DNA from: Catajapyx aquilonaris
Taxonomy: Eukaryota
Reading direction: 5' to 3'
DNA: 45,287 bases
Assembly (NCBI GenBank): GCA_000934665.2
Contig: KZ538852.1
Location: 1-45,287 of the forward strand
A program made the translations under genes and the position numbers. Below the pieces are notes generated by a model. That model was not told the origin of the DNA, ran no database searches, and saw only the letters and a program-made list of their open reading frames with translations. The stretch's first letter is position 1; the number at the start of each line of letters is the position of its first letter. Positions 1 through 13,427 of the stretch are shown here, in pieces.

Positions 1-983
1 GCACGAATGTTTTGAATTAAATTTGATTATCACACATCCCTATGACACGAACCAACCCCCACCTATGGACTTGTTTCTTACTTTTAATCTCACCCACCAG
101 AGGAAGAATAGTTTTCTGCAGTTTTACTGCCTATTTTTATTTAATTCTTTTCATCATCAGAATAAAGTGAAAACCTGCTGATGCCCCCCTTTCATCCCAA
201 AATGTTTCCCCCCTTCAACCTCCTGTGGGGGGAAGTGGGCTCCAGACTGGGACCCCCCCTCCCAAGTATATCCGATCTCGGTACAGAAAGGTAGCGAGAG
301 CCACAAAACTGACACTTTCGAAATCGCCTTGTAGCTCAAAAAGTAAAGGTTTTTCTCAAAAAAAGGTAGGCAGGAGGGCACCCCCTGGGAACATTGCGGT
401 TCGAATAACACATTGTATGACCCTCTACGACGCACCGTTTAGGCTGTACCCTGGTGCAACTAACGACCCCTTTTTGAACTTTGACCCCGGCTAATGACCC
501 CGGTAATGGCCCTAGTTGTTGTTTATCCAGCTAAGGTTTGAAACTGGAGTGAGCGGAGTGTAAATCTTGTTTCCGATTTGAAATCGATTAACCCGATCGC
601 GAGTTATGAAGTCGGGAAAATCGCATTGGGATGAGGGCGATAACCTACTATTCGTTTCACCCGCGCCGGATGGCCCGCTTCACGGGCCATCCGGCAGGTT
701 GGTTGCCTCCCTGCCGGTTGCCCAGCTTCGCTGGGCAACTGGCAGGGAGGAAGAATAGAAAAACCAGGTTTCTTTAGGAAAATCCATACAAATAGATAGG
801 GATTTTGAGAAATACCCTGGTTTTATCATATACTGAGCTCGGTGAAACCGGCCCTTAGTATAACGGAAATTTGTCAATTGCGGAATTTTTCCTGGGAACG
901 GGCTTATCCCCAGTACAGTACATGAATTCCGTGTCGAATGTGTAAAGGAAACATGTCCGTTACGTGCGATTCCGCTATAATGC

Positions 984-1125
984 CCTCCTGAGACCTGATG
1001 TCCAATATATTGGACCTCAGAAAAAATAAAAAGGTGTCCGCTGTAATTGACGTCTTTTTTTTTTTTTTTTTTTTTTNTTTTTTTTTTGCTGATGTCCAAT
1101 ATATTGGACATCAGGTCTCAGGAGG
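984..1125. mobile_element. Small MITE with palindromic subterminal motif
   Basis: TIR CCTCCTGAGACCTGATGTCCAATATATTGGAC at 984 and its reverse complement ending at 1125; a related end (caggtctcaggagg) occurs near 40644-40660. Confidence 0.7.
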
Positions 1126-1721
1126 ATACACAGGTTTCACACCAACGCAACGTGAAGTCAAGCGTTAGTCACCCAGATCCAGTTTCAGTTCTGCCACATG
1201 ATAAGGAGACTGCCATTACAGCTGCTCGGAATGTGGGATACGGGTATAAAACAGCGCCTCATGAGTCAACCAAGTGTCAGAGGAGGTCAAATATTTTAAA
1301 AATCTGTCACTTATAGTCCCGGCTGAATTTACTCACAATTTAGGAAGCATTTATATTTTGGTGGTTTTGTTAATGTAAGTTTGTAATCGAAAAAACGACG
1401 TGGGGTCCAAAAAGGACCCCACGTTACCAGTTAAGAATGGCTAAATGAGGTTGCAAGTTAAGGGTTAAAGGTGTTGGCTGTTATCTTTAACGGCCCTGAT
1501 AAGTGAGTTGGCTGAGGGCTGGGACCCTCTCATGCGCCAGGAGAATGAGTCGTGCGTGAAAATGGTGGCCTTGTGCTGACGTATTCCAGACAGGGCAGGA
1601 CTGGATCTGGTTTCAGGAAATGGCAGCTATAAATAATATTATTCTTATCTGATTCATCACCCATTAGCGACCCTATGCACTCGCTCATGTGAATATGATG
1701 TTATGTAGGCCTACTGTATTA

Positions 1722-2305
1722 CGTGGTGCGTCTGAAAAGTTCAGTGAATGTTATTACCATAAAAGCAACAAAACAGGAGATACAGTACATAGGAATTACC
1801 TTTACTGGCCTTCAAAGTGCTGTCCAATCAGACACAAAACACTTTTGAAATCGCTCGTATAAAGCTTCTGAAAAGAATTAGAAAAATTTATCTTTGGACC
1901 CCCCTCCAGATCTGTTGTCACCCGGGCATGAACCTCCACGACGTCCACAAAACGTGATCCCTTCATGCTGTCGTATCACTTTTTTTTGGATCACCCAGCA
2001 TCACATCACTCGATCACTGTACTCCCCTGACTTTTCACCTGCTCACTTTTTTTGTATGTTTGATAGCCTTTAACAAAGGGATCACGCTTTGCGGACGTTC
2101 AGACCCGTGCACAGCAGCCGTGTGACAACAGATCTGAAGGGGGTCCAATAAAATTTCTAGCTGTTTTCAGAAGCTTTACGAACGATTTCAAAAGTGTGTT
2201 GTGTCTAATGGAGAGCACTTTTAAGGCCAATAAAGGTAATTCCAATGTACCTTCTGTTTTGTAGCTTTTATTGTAACATTCACTGAACTTTTCAGATGCA
2301 TCACG
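1722..2305. mobile_element. Mariner-derived foldback MITE (two inverted transposase 3' ends)
   Basis: TA target duplication (1720-21, 2306-07); long TIR CGTGGTGCGTCTGAAAAGTTCAGTGAATG; degenerate mariner peptides YSPDFSP (cf. HPPYSPDLAP) and CFQKLYERFQKCVVSNGEHF. Confidence 0.85.
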
Positions 2306-3199
2306 TATGTGCAGTGCATTAATGAGGAGAAACTTTGCAAATGTCTGGTCTATAATTTAATGACTGATTTGATCACAACAAACAACAGAAACCATCATGA
2401 TGAAAGAAATAGTCAGCAATGTAGAAGACCCAAGTGGAATAATAAGTATGGTATGATTTAAAACTGACGCATAAATATAGACGGCATTCAATGAGATGTG
2501 ACGGTTATAATTTCACAAACCGACTTTCTCTCTGGATATTGTAAGAATTAATTTGATAACCGATGATGATCAGGCCAAGCACATTGCAAGCTGACTACAT
2601 GTTGTTAGGAGAGTCATTCCAAATATCTATAGTGACAATGGTTGGACTGGACTATTCCCATCTTACAAATAATTTGGATGAGGCACTAGAAAATATACAG
2701 TATATCATACTGATATGACTCAAATGAGGCAAACCTGCTCAGTATACGAAAATGCGGTATATAAGGTGACATATTTCACTGCATTTCAGTTATAAAATGG
2801 AGACCCGTTCAGTCCGGGAAACTTGCGGCATGGAGGACTCCGTAATGTAGAGAGATTTTTCGTTGCATATCCTATGATGGAAACCTGCCCGCAACGGAAT
2901 TTTAGCGGAAATGAGTGACCCGCCTGCTCACTTACTGTTAGGGCAGATCACATGATCAATCACTTGTTTTTGGATAGACTGGGAAGCCTGGTGGGAAGCG
3001 TGCGGCCATCTTTGTGTCTTTATTGGCTTCTATACTACTCTGCCAGTCAGGTGTAGCTCAGGTGGTCACACCTTCCGAGGGCCTGGGGGGTCGCACCTGG
3101 ATCCTTCCCTCCATCTGGAAAATTCAAGCAGAAAAATCCGTCATAAAGAGGTTTCCTCTATGCAGACCAAGATTGTTTCAAACTACTTGATATGATTTT

Positions 3200-3378
3200 T
3201 TTTACGTCACATACCCCGTGATGATAAGCCGGAGCCTTTTTTTGTGTGTGTGGGGGGGGGGGNGGGGGGGTGGCACACCACCATCAGTTTTCTTAACTGT
3301 GTGCTATTTTTCTTCGCTCACCGGTGCAAGGAGACAGGGACATGGGTAAGGATAGGGATTTTTGAGGAGGGAACATGT
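3200..3378 (-). mobile_element. 3' fragment of tRNA-derived SINE family 1
   Basis: Reverse complement matches the 3' half of the copy at 29257-29600 (cctcctcaaaaatccctatccttacccatgtccctgtctcc...caccggtgagcgaagaaaaa). Confidence 0.75.
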
Positions 3379-5585
3379 AATTAATTTCCAAAAAGATCGC
3401 CGTAACAACTCGAAATTAAATTACTACCGGCCAACTGTTAGGCTGATTTAATTATGAAATACATTAAAATATACGGAATAATAACCTTGAGAATCGCGCT
3501 GTGCCCTATATCTTTGGCTCACTTTGACATTTCATTGTGCAGCATTTGGAGATCAGTAAGAAGATAATGGGTAGCGTAAGGAATAATTGCGCCAATCACT
3601 TGGGCTAGTATATAGCCCAGCAGTATTGTAAATGATAATCAATACTACTATTTAGTGACTTTCGTTTGTTAGAATGATACAAACTGAACCAAAGGCAAAC
3701 AAATTCATTTAGTCGTGCGTATATGTAAGGATGCAAGAAGCAGATTTTATCTGCTCGACGAAATGACACTCAAGTATGGTATGGGCTATATAGTGAAATG
3801 GAACATTTTTGGGTTTTATATTGCACTGCTTTGCAGGAGCATTCATTGGAACCATCAATCATCATGTGGTAGAAATTAGGCATATGTTATAATTTTAAGG
3901 TGCCGATCATCAGCCCTGTATCATTGTCGCGTGGTACTGCAGAAACATCTAAGTCCCAAGACGTCGTGGCACTAGGTGTTTCTGCCGAACCACGCGACAT
4001 TTGGTATAGAGCATACTATACTGATGAATATTATAAACATGACAATAATGGTGGCATCACTAACAATGAAATAATATTATGAACGGCACGCTCTCGAATG
4101 CACAATAAAAGTCGACCTGTAAAATTTAACGGCCTGTAAAACACCACTTAAAAGCGGTCCGGCGCCTCCTTATACATATCGGGTTCCAATGCCTATATTT
4201 AAATCTCTTTAAATTAAAAGCTTGTAAAAATGTCAACATGACCATTGTTCACACGATCAAGGCGCCGCGCCGCGCCGCGCCGCTGAAATCACATACATTG
4301 TCCCCTGTTCCCTCGATTTACAGTCTTTTGGAAGCTGCCCACCCAGCAGGCACCGAATCACCTGCAAATGACGTCAGCGGTCTCTTCGACTCCGTAAGTC
4401 TCGAAAATGGCCAGAAAAACACTGGATCTTGTGCTCTGCCTTTTGAAACATGACGCGTAAGTCAGTCATGCTCGAAAGGAAGTTGTCGGCCGGTGGAAGG
4501 TGATACCCGGTAACCATCGGTTGCCCTTGGTGGGGCAAGCGTCCAAGCCATAAAGAACGGGGGTTTCACACCCGAAACCCGCAATAAATTGTGAAGAATA
4601 TGGTATAGCCTTCTGGCGGAGGGACAACAGTGTAACATCTGGGGAGAAAATTGAGGGTCACATCAAAGGGTCACAAGCCAGATCCCATAGGAATGCAAAT
4701 CATAACGGCCACTCCAAGCCGTGCTGATTTGCAGTCACATTTTGGTCATTGAGTAATGCCTATAATACAAATCTGCGTGGTCTTCACCTAATTGTCGGCC
4801 TTGGACATCACACGAATGACATAATTTCTTTGAAATGAGCATTTTGGCTGGGTCAGGGGTTGTGGGTATAATAAATGTTTACATTGGTCCCATATTGGCC
4901 ACATATCCGTTAAAAAAAAGGAGTTTACAGTTATCCGAAGGCCATCTGAGAGTATAATATATAGACTATTCCCCGTCACAAATCAACCGCGTGGAGAAAT
5001 CTATCACTGTCAGCACTTCGCGGCTCATCAAAATTAACTACGCATTCCCTTGATGCTGAGCTTTCACATGGCGTTTATTTTGACCTCCCGACAGTAAAAC
5101 ATATCATGGCCTCAATAAAACGCAATAAATAAGTCAGGTCCCATTTTTGTTTATGCTGAGGCTTTGAAAGAAAAACAACTCGGTATTGTATCCCTCTGCT
5201 GAGCTATAGCTTACATCTGGGGTCCGGACGGTTAAAAATGCTGCGGATCAGATAAACAAAACCACACCCCTTCATTTACCACCATCCCTCATGTAGGGAA
5301 ACAAAAGTTCATAGGCCTACATATGCCATTTAATTAGTTACTCGTCAATTAGGAAATATGCTTTTAAAACTTTTCTTTGAATAACGGATTGATCTGTCAC
5401 TATTGCATGTCCAAGCACATATAGAGCACACATAAGAAGGCCCGGATTGTAAACAGATCGCGATTACACCGCACTACAGTGACTAGACACTTTTTGCTTC
5501 ATTTTGTCAATCACATTTTGTATTTATAAACTGTACGTCTGAGTTTGAGTATTTCATGAGTATATGAATGCGTAGTTTATTACAG

Positions 5586-5824
5586 TTTGTTATCACATAA
5601 GCGTCCAGTACACACTTTGTGCCATTGAATATATTTGGCATCCCATTCCTGGGAAACCTTTTTTGACGCTACGACTGACAATAAGCATGGCTGATGTGAG
5701 TGGCGGAAAGAGAAGCGTGCCGCCATTGCAATACCGTATATTGGCCCACTCCCCGACCCAGTTAGGAAAGCCTCATCCTCCTCTTCTTTCTCTCCAGCCG
5801 TCTCCAACTATCTCGCCTCCAAGG
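5586..5824 (+). other. Candidate exon, possibly with a start codon at 5687 (MADVSGGKRSVPPLQYRILAHSPTQLGKPHPPLLSLQPSPTISPPR)
   Basis: ttattacAG acceptor at 5584-85, AGG|GTGAGT donor at 5825, Kozak-like gcATGG; no recognisable homology. Confidence 0.3.
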
Positions 5825-7454
5825 GTGAGTTTTTATAGTCCAATTTTGCCAATTTACTGGTATTTACTTTATTTGTGGGTTTGCTCGAGCCCGAATACCG
5901 TCTTTTTATTTGTTGAGCAACAAATGAAGCTCATATCGAAACAAACTATCAGTATAAGGTGAGACCAAAACTTATGGCATGTCTTAGCATTTCAAAACTT
6001 AAATCATTTAGATATGTCTACAAGTGTTCGAGTTATAGGGTTTTAAAATTGGGACATTCTTTTCGGATTACCCTGTATAACATTCCACTCATTAATGCAG
6101 TAATAATGTATAGTAACCAAAGAAGTTTCTTTTGCATCGAGCCCGAGTTTTCAGTATAGGGAAGTCTGGGGCAAACGTGCTCATGTGGCCATAGTTTTGC
6201 AACTGGACTGTTGTTCTTGACTTTTATAGTTACCTTAGAATGTGCAGTATCTATTCCTATACTTGGTTGTTACACTGGTGTTAGCTGTTGAAGCAACATA
6301 AATATTTTTCTGAAACAATGCACGCCTGTCCGTATGCCCCCGCCTGGGGGCATACGGACACCTACATTTAGACATGAAAAAACAGACATTCTTGCAAATA
6401 AGAACGTGGAATTTATGGCGAAGAGTGTTGCGGGGCATCGAGAATGTCTTTGCAGCTGAAAGCTCGGTCCATATGGGTTCAGTATCCCAGCACGAACACC
6501 GAGTAGAAGAAAGTTTCCGATATCGTACTATTCTGCAATAAGAATGGCAAGTCAAAACTAATTATCTCACCATATACACACCATGGGGATGTCAAATTAA
6601 GTGACGAATAGTCTACTGTACATGTATTTTCAACGCCGTTTGAAAGTGTCCATAAACCCCTTGTCCTTGGAGCGTGTCCGTTTGCCCCAGCACACCTCCA
6701 TGTCCGTCTGCCCCCAAAGTCATTATTGTGAGTTATGAGTTACAGCAACAATAGGTGTGTGCTTTCCGAACTCACATTGTAACATTTTCACGGGCAGGAA
6801 GCTGGCTTACGAACTGACCATGTGTCATTGTTCTGAAGCCACCCTAATTATCACCACATCCCTGTCTTTATATATATATCAAAAATAACTGAATCGGTCA
6901 TTTTGAAAAGGGGTCATATCCTCATTTACTGCGCTGGAGATGACCCCTTTTCCAAATGACCGATTCAACTATACGCATGACTTTTGGAATGCTTGGGGCT
7001 TGCATATACACTACTTATTCAGATGGTCCTGTCATCCGATGAGTATACTTGATACAAGCGAATGTCTGATTGGACTTTCTTCCTTACAGTCTTTGAAGTC
7101 TTCAATCCTGAGAGGTAATAACCGATTTATGCTATTTGCCTGCAGGCGGCAAGTGTTCGTTTTCCCCAGACTTCCCATCTTGTATAGAAGTGTATAGACT
7201 GTGATGCAAAATTAGAAATATAGTAGAGCTGAACAACTCGAAGCTACCGCCATCCTGTGCATGCGCCACCTGCACCATCAAAAAACTCGGGAAAAGATGA
7301 ATCTTGAAAGGATAATAGTAATTAAGTAAAAAAATTTAACATGCGGGTAAATGTTGGGAATTTCAGCCAAGAATGAAATCACAGCGAAATAATCCATTTA
7401 GTTATGCAACCCGGCCTATACACCAGATTAATACCAAATATATACACTCCTTAT

Positions 7455-7798
7455 GGGGAGGCGGAGTGGTGCTGCGGTAGCGTATGCGCCCACGGATGTT
7501 AAGGTCCCGGGTTCGATCCCAACCCGGGGACACCCCCTTCATCTCGTGCTGAGTTCAGGGTCACCTCTGGCTTCGTCTCGGGTGGTATTTCCACAGACTA
7601 AACCACCCGGGGGAGTTCACTAAAAATGGCAACCACGTCAGATGCACTGCACTTTGCACATCCCCTCCTGTCATCCTGCCCGTGGGCCCGGGCGCTTCTC
7701 AATGGCTCCAACTTGTACACTATGTACTTGTACGATCAAATAATAAAGGTCCGTGCCGAACACCGAAAGGTGAAGCACTACCCCCACAATTAATTATT
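7455..7798 (+). mobile_element. tRNA-derived SINE family 2, full length
   Basis: A/B-box-like head (GGTTCGATCCC); perfect 15-bp TSD atatacactccttat at 7440-7454 and 7799-7813. Confidence 0.9.
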
Positions 7799-9034
7799 AT
7801 ATACACTCCTTATCAATAATATACGGGTTGATTAATTATTATGCCGGCCAACATTTGAGTGGGCTAGGCCACTCTTGTGCAAGTCTGAGATTTATTCCTT
7901 TTCGAGAGAAAAATGTCTATGATCGGGACACTTTTCTCTCAAAAAAGTTGGGTGGGATCAATGACTGGGCATATGACATCTGGCCTAACTGTTCTTGAAC
8001 CACAAAATGAATTCCATCTGCTTCTAATGTAGTGGAGGTAGGGCGAAGTAGGGCCAGCGGGAGGTCGAAGGGCGCCAAAAGGAGAAGGGGTTCGCCCCCC
8101 CCCCCCCCNCCCCCTTCCCAGCCTAAATTTGGACAGGGTAGTTCAAACCGGTATAGAGGTACAAGGAAAATCGCACCACTGAGGCAAGGTCGCGTATCCA
8201 ACCCACAATCTCCACCCTGGACTAAAACTACTTGGAATATGCATAAAAATGTACGATTATGACTAAGTCAAAGGTGAACCAATTAACTTGCGTCCGCTGG
8301 ACTTCCCAAATAACTATTATCAAGATCATAATGAAATATTATTGGATGCATAGATTTGTTTGGCATGTAACACTACTCCGCAGACTTTTCTGGTGTAGTA
8401 CACAGTAAGCTTACCTTTTTTCCCGCAGTCTTAACACCCCGGTATGTGAGAATTATTGAAAAAGAATGCGAGGGGCATCATCGTCGGGGTATTGTAATTT
8501 CACTCAATGTCGTCAGTGTTCGAGACGTACTGTACCTCCACTTTGCTGATGCCATGACACGCGCATAATTATCGGAAAAATATATTGATATATTATTTTC
8601 ATCTTTTTTTGCTCCGCCTCAGTATCGTCGTTTTCATAACAAACCATATCGTGACTCGAACATCAGCAAAGAGCAGAGGTTATTTCACCTGGTTTGCATG
8701 CTGCTTAGGTTTCATCTTGTCAACATGCTGAAATTTTAGAGGTCAAAAGCAATATAGCCATCAACTCATCAAGCCAGTTTATTGGCATTTGCCAGATATT
8801 TTCTTTAAATTGGAATTGGTTGATTTATATTCACAAAGCGCTATACACGTATTCAAGGTATAACTACCGGACAAATGCATGTAGTCCTACTGTATAGGAT
8901 AATATATTACTGTGCAACTGGTAGTTGAGACCAGATGACATTTTAAAACTCAAAAAAATGATTTTAAAAAAAACAGCAGAACTGCAATATTTGAATTGCC
9001 CCAACAGTCCTTGAATGAAATCGTCATCCTCTTA

Positions 9035-9480
9035 ACAACCAATCGCAGGCTAGAATGAGTTTGCGCATGATCTCCTCTTTGGCCCCACCCACTTGCATGG
9101 AGGAGGAGGCCAGAGGGGGTGGTGGAGGGTTGGTTTTGGAGGTTGCCTACTTGCCTTTTCCTCGCCTCATTTGTCCGCCGATTCTTGGTGCGACGTCCGA
9201 CGTGCGTCGTGCTGTGTTGTGGACACGGCGTGCTGTAGGCCCTACCGCTGACACGTAGAAGGTAAGAGGGGCTGCTTGCCAGCCTGATTGTCAGAAGGTG
9301 GTCTCATCGGTTGTTCGCCTTGGCCATTTGACTAGGATTGGCGGCGAATGGCAGACGGAGGGATAGGGGCAGAGAGGGGCTCAGGGGCAGAACATGGGGC
9401 AGAAGAGGGTCGGTCTTACCTGCCAGATGATTCTGCCTCCTTCCGGGTGTTTACGTAGGCAGCTGCTCTCACAAGAGCAA
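9035..9480. promoter_or_regulatory. CpG-rich promoter-like region with candidate non-coding first exons
   Basis: CCAAT at 9039, TGCGCATG, CCCCACCC, ATTGG near 9337; + strand donor AAG|GTAAGA at 9262; - strand donor CAG|GTAAGA at 9419. Confidence 0.4.
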
Positions 9481-9919
9481 TAATTGAAGCATTCACTTTG
9501 GACGTAGGTTTTATTGCTGTTGTTTCCGCGCACACGTATACAGAGCTCTTGAAAATAATACGGCCAAGTTCTTATAGCATATATAGCAACAATGTTCCTA
9601 GATTGATTTGATTTTCGTTTACTAATACGGTGGGGGAGTTGAGGCAACTGGGGCCATGAAGCATGCGGGAACTGAAGTGCAGCGAAGGAAAGCACAATTT
9701 TAGACAATTTACTGTAGTTGCGTGAGAAAAGATTATTCGCCAAGTCTCATGACACGGTCAGGACAGTAGCTTTTCCAGAACCGATTTTCTTATACGTATC
9801 TATATCATTTTTAGTGGAAAATGTTCCTAATAATAACAACAAATGAAAAAGTGAAACAATTTTCAATAGTTGTTCCTTGCGTGGTGAACTATACAACTGC
9901 CCCTTCCAGAAAACATACA

Positions 9920-10281
9920 CTCTGTATACGGCCGCAAAAATGGTTCAATCGACACAGATATTGCACCAAAAAAGTGGATCATTTGGCACAGGGACCTAGT
10001 ATAGTTAGTCTTTTTCTATTTTCTGCCTAGAAATTACTTTTACGGCAAGTTGAAGTCAGCAGAAAACGGCGTCTCCGAAAAGTAAATTTGATTAACATGG
10101 CGGCAGTAATCGCGAGAAAATCGGACACATTTCTGTAGCCATATGTCCCACAATTTTAATGCAATCGTGTTCGAGTATGGTACCATTTTAAAGGCCAAAC
10201 CTTTACGCGTGTTTTTTTTTTTTTCTTCCTCCAGATTAACGGCGCATTTCGCGACAAAAAATTAATTGATACTGCGCCCCC
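9920..10281. mobile_element. Partial copy of the TTAA-flanked (Kolobok-like) element at 35449-35954
   Basis: Ends tgcgcccccTTAA; shares cacaattttaatgcaatc...cgagtatggtaccat with ~35793-35830. Confidence 0.65.
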
Positions 10282-12548
10282 TTAAGCCCGGGTATTCCCC
10301 CTGCACATCCAGCCAGAACTTCGTCAATTTACCATTTGGAAATTTTTCAAAGTGCGATCGCAGCGCAAATCAATGAGGTGCTCTCGTTCATAAGTAGACA
10401 GTTTCTTTCCTTGAAACTCGCGGAAGAGATTTTGAACCTACTTGACAATATCAATGTCACGAAAATATTTCTCGAAACCCTCCTTTTTAGCAAATGTGTG
10501 TAGGTGACTCGCTCTTCAACTTTGCGCCACTGTCCTCGATATATTCTTGCAGCCGATGAAACATTTCAAATGAAGATTGCTCCACTTTTTTCTGCCAACC
10601 AGAGTTCCAGTTTTAATGAAAATGCACTTATTTTTTCACGCTATGAAAAAAAAAAAGTTGCTTGTGTTGAGCATATTTAGCTCCTCAAATGTCCGCATCA
10701 TGCATGTCAGCTACTGCAAAGTCCTTTTCAATCATTGCTCTGCTTCCCCTGTATATAGCTTATATTTCATCAAAATATTGTATAGGTGCACGTTGATTGG
10801 CTCCGTAGCGAGCTCCGCGGAAGGAGGAGAGCGTGAGGGCGAAAAAGTTGAGAGATTTCTCTCGCCGAACGATACGTCTCCAACATTCAACTCATATACA
10901 TTCGCTCATTTTTTATTATTAAATTACTCATTATTGCACATAAATTGTGGAAAAAAAGTTTTAATCAGAGCTCGCGATCCCCCGCGATCCATGCCACACA
11001 CTTATGGTCAACATCGTAGAGCATGGCATGGCCTGAAAATATATCCGAGGATGTCCGTAGTGTATGCAAGATTTTTGCGACAGTCGTACTTATGTGCCGC
11101 CGCCTACTCTAGTTGGCCCAAACTTGAGTATTGTTGCGATTTGCACTCTGATACTTTTTCTAAGGCTCGTCAGCATTATCTGATTTCTACTACAGTATAT
11201 ACCGTAGTTTTCATTTTCGAATTCGATATGAAGAGCACAAGGGAAAAACGGGGAATGTCCAATTCCGTTGGGGTTCCTGCCAAGTGCACAGTACAATAGT
11301 AGCATAGGTGACACTTATACCTGGAGGCTTTCCATGGGTACAAGGGTGACAGTTGCATATAATGACGTGAAGATATCCCTATTATTCTTTAGACACGTGA
11401 ATAAATAAAGCTATTTCTTCGATATGTCATGGACATTTTTTGTGTGACATTCCCCACTTTTCCCCTGTGCTCTTCATATAGTCTCCGAGTAGATACCAAC
11501 ATCCCAGTGTATATTTTTTCAATCGCTCGTGTGAAAAGGTGAAGTGGTGAAAAGTATACCGCCTTTCTTTTCATATATATTAGGCCTATAAAGTCATCTC
11601 TCGTCGATGGATGCTTCATAATCATAGAGAAACTAATCATACATGCAGATTAATGCAGGTTCTGTGAAAGCGCAATAATCATATAGAAAATCCCAGATTA
11701 TGACTCGTCGAGAGCCACAATATACATTAACCTGACTGGAAAATAAATAATTATCTTATTATAATTTGAATTCATACAACTGACCCTATTGAATACACCT
11801 GAATGCCGAGTTTTTTTTTTTGTGTCGGTGGGTAGGGGCTATCCTCGGTATTGTCTATGGGGGCTATTAGCAATGCCAGGCAGCCCCCCTTAAACTTAAC
11901 TTTCAAATGTCTCGGTGGGTAATCGACTTTTAAAAACAGGGTGGGGTAATCCGGATTATTCCGGTATACCTACATGTCAGAAGCGGAAAGTGGAGTTTAC
12001 CACAGCTCGGTGTCAATCGCTGTCCAATTTATAAATGCCGACCCTTACGCATACTGTCATTCGATTACACTGGAAAACAAATTTTAACTCATTTTTTGAG
12101 TGTTTATGCATTATTTTGATTAACTTATCTCTTGCAGAGTTGTAATTCTGTACCCAGCCCGCTTTCTGGGAACAGACGGCGATACTTTTGAGTACGTTTA
12201 AATTTTTTCATGTAATAGAGCACGGTGTAATTTATCACGCACATTTCTGGCTTGCCGTCCATACATTCGCGAAGTAATTCGGATTATAAACAGCCGAGAT
12301 AACAGGTGTGCAATTAACTTAATTACGATTACACAAATGGCGATTTCTAAGTTTCAAATATATCATTAGATGGACAAAGATTTGCACTATCCAGGGTTCA
12401 CAGGGGGAATCCGTTGGCTTCCGAGAAGTGTCACAAAAATTCACTTTGCGGTGTAACGTCGGCAACTAGTCAAAAAATGACTTTTCCGTGTTCTTCTTGC
12501 GATAAAAATGACACAATGAAGATAGGTAATCAACTCTCATAATTATAT

Positions 12549-13427
12549 GAGGCGCTTAGAACAAAAGTGGCCCAAGTCCAAAATGCTCAAGTTGGGATAA
12601 TTCGCCTGCAAGTTTGAAAGGTCGTAGAAAAAAGAAAAATCATGTGTCTGGATCCATATTATATATACATATGTTAGATTGGCAATCATTACAGCACAGT
12701 CTTTTTTTTAGATGTATTGCTACTGTAACAAAAAAACTGATTTATTGATAAAAAATCATATGTGACTTACACCATAATGATCCTACAGAATCATGGACTT
12801 ACACCATTGTTGACTGGGTGTAATACAATTCAATCCGGATATAATAAGACTTCAAAGGACCGCGGAAATCAGCCTTGTTATAACCGAGGTCTGTTATAAC
12901 CGAATACGCAAGCCATAATTATGGAAATATCCCGGGACCGTCCTTTCGAGTCCGTTATAGCCGAGGCTGTTATATCTGGTCTCAACTGTATTTATAAAAT
13001 TTCCTTTGCTGATCCTTCAATTTTAAGAAAAATGATTTCAGTAAAAATTAATTTCAGTAAAAAATTTAAGAGAAGGAAATTTTCTGCAAATGTTTAAAAT
13101 TCTCCAATTCACAGCATAATTTTAAACATGACAAAACTGACAGCCACACACTTATTATTTGCCATACACAATATTATTTTGTCCATAGAGGTGCCCCCAG
13201 CAAAGTCGCTTGGATATTCGCTGGCCTTACACCAGGATTGCTCCAAGGGGTAGGCACCTCTCCTTGGAGCATAAATGACATTGTGTCATTTACTGCCCAA
13301 ATATCCAACTTAGGATTTATACAATTTTTTTACCAACTTGGAATAGTTCTCTGAATGCTGTGATGGCAGCAGTCCTATCTCGAAAATTGCATTTTTCGAC
13401 TGGGGCCACTTTTGTTCTCAGCGCCTC
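12549..13427. mobile_element. Non-autonomous DNA transposon (GAG...CTC termini, 4-bp TSD; Sola-like)
   Basis: TIR GAGGCGCTtAGAACAAAAGTGGCCC / GGGCCACTTTTGTTCTcAGCGCCTC; ATAT duplicated at 12545-48 and 13428-31. Superfamily is inferred from termini only. Confidence 0.8.
12826..12988. mobile_element. pogo/Tigger-like MITE nested in the 12549-13427 element
   Basis: TA-flanked CAATTCAATCCGGATATAA...TTATATCTGGTCTCAACTG; internal gttataaccga repeats. Confidence 0.65.

Noticed and set aside
4238..4640. Possible coding exons on either strand (splice-like signals at 4323, 4394 and 4639)
   Set aside because: Frames are short or contain stops and have no recognisable homology
7455..7530. tRNA genes at the SINE heads (7455, 18848, 21362, 24229, 29257, 37388)
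   Set aside because: Each continues into a SINE body with a tail and TSD; cloverleafs are incomplete
10577..11299. 240-aa ORF on the + strand
   Set aside because: Non-ATG start, no recognisable domain, composition typical of AT-rich non-coding or repeat DNA
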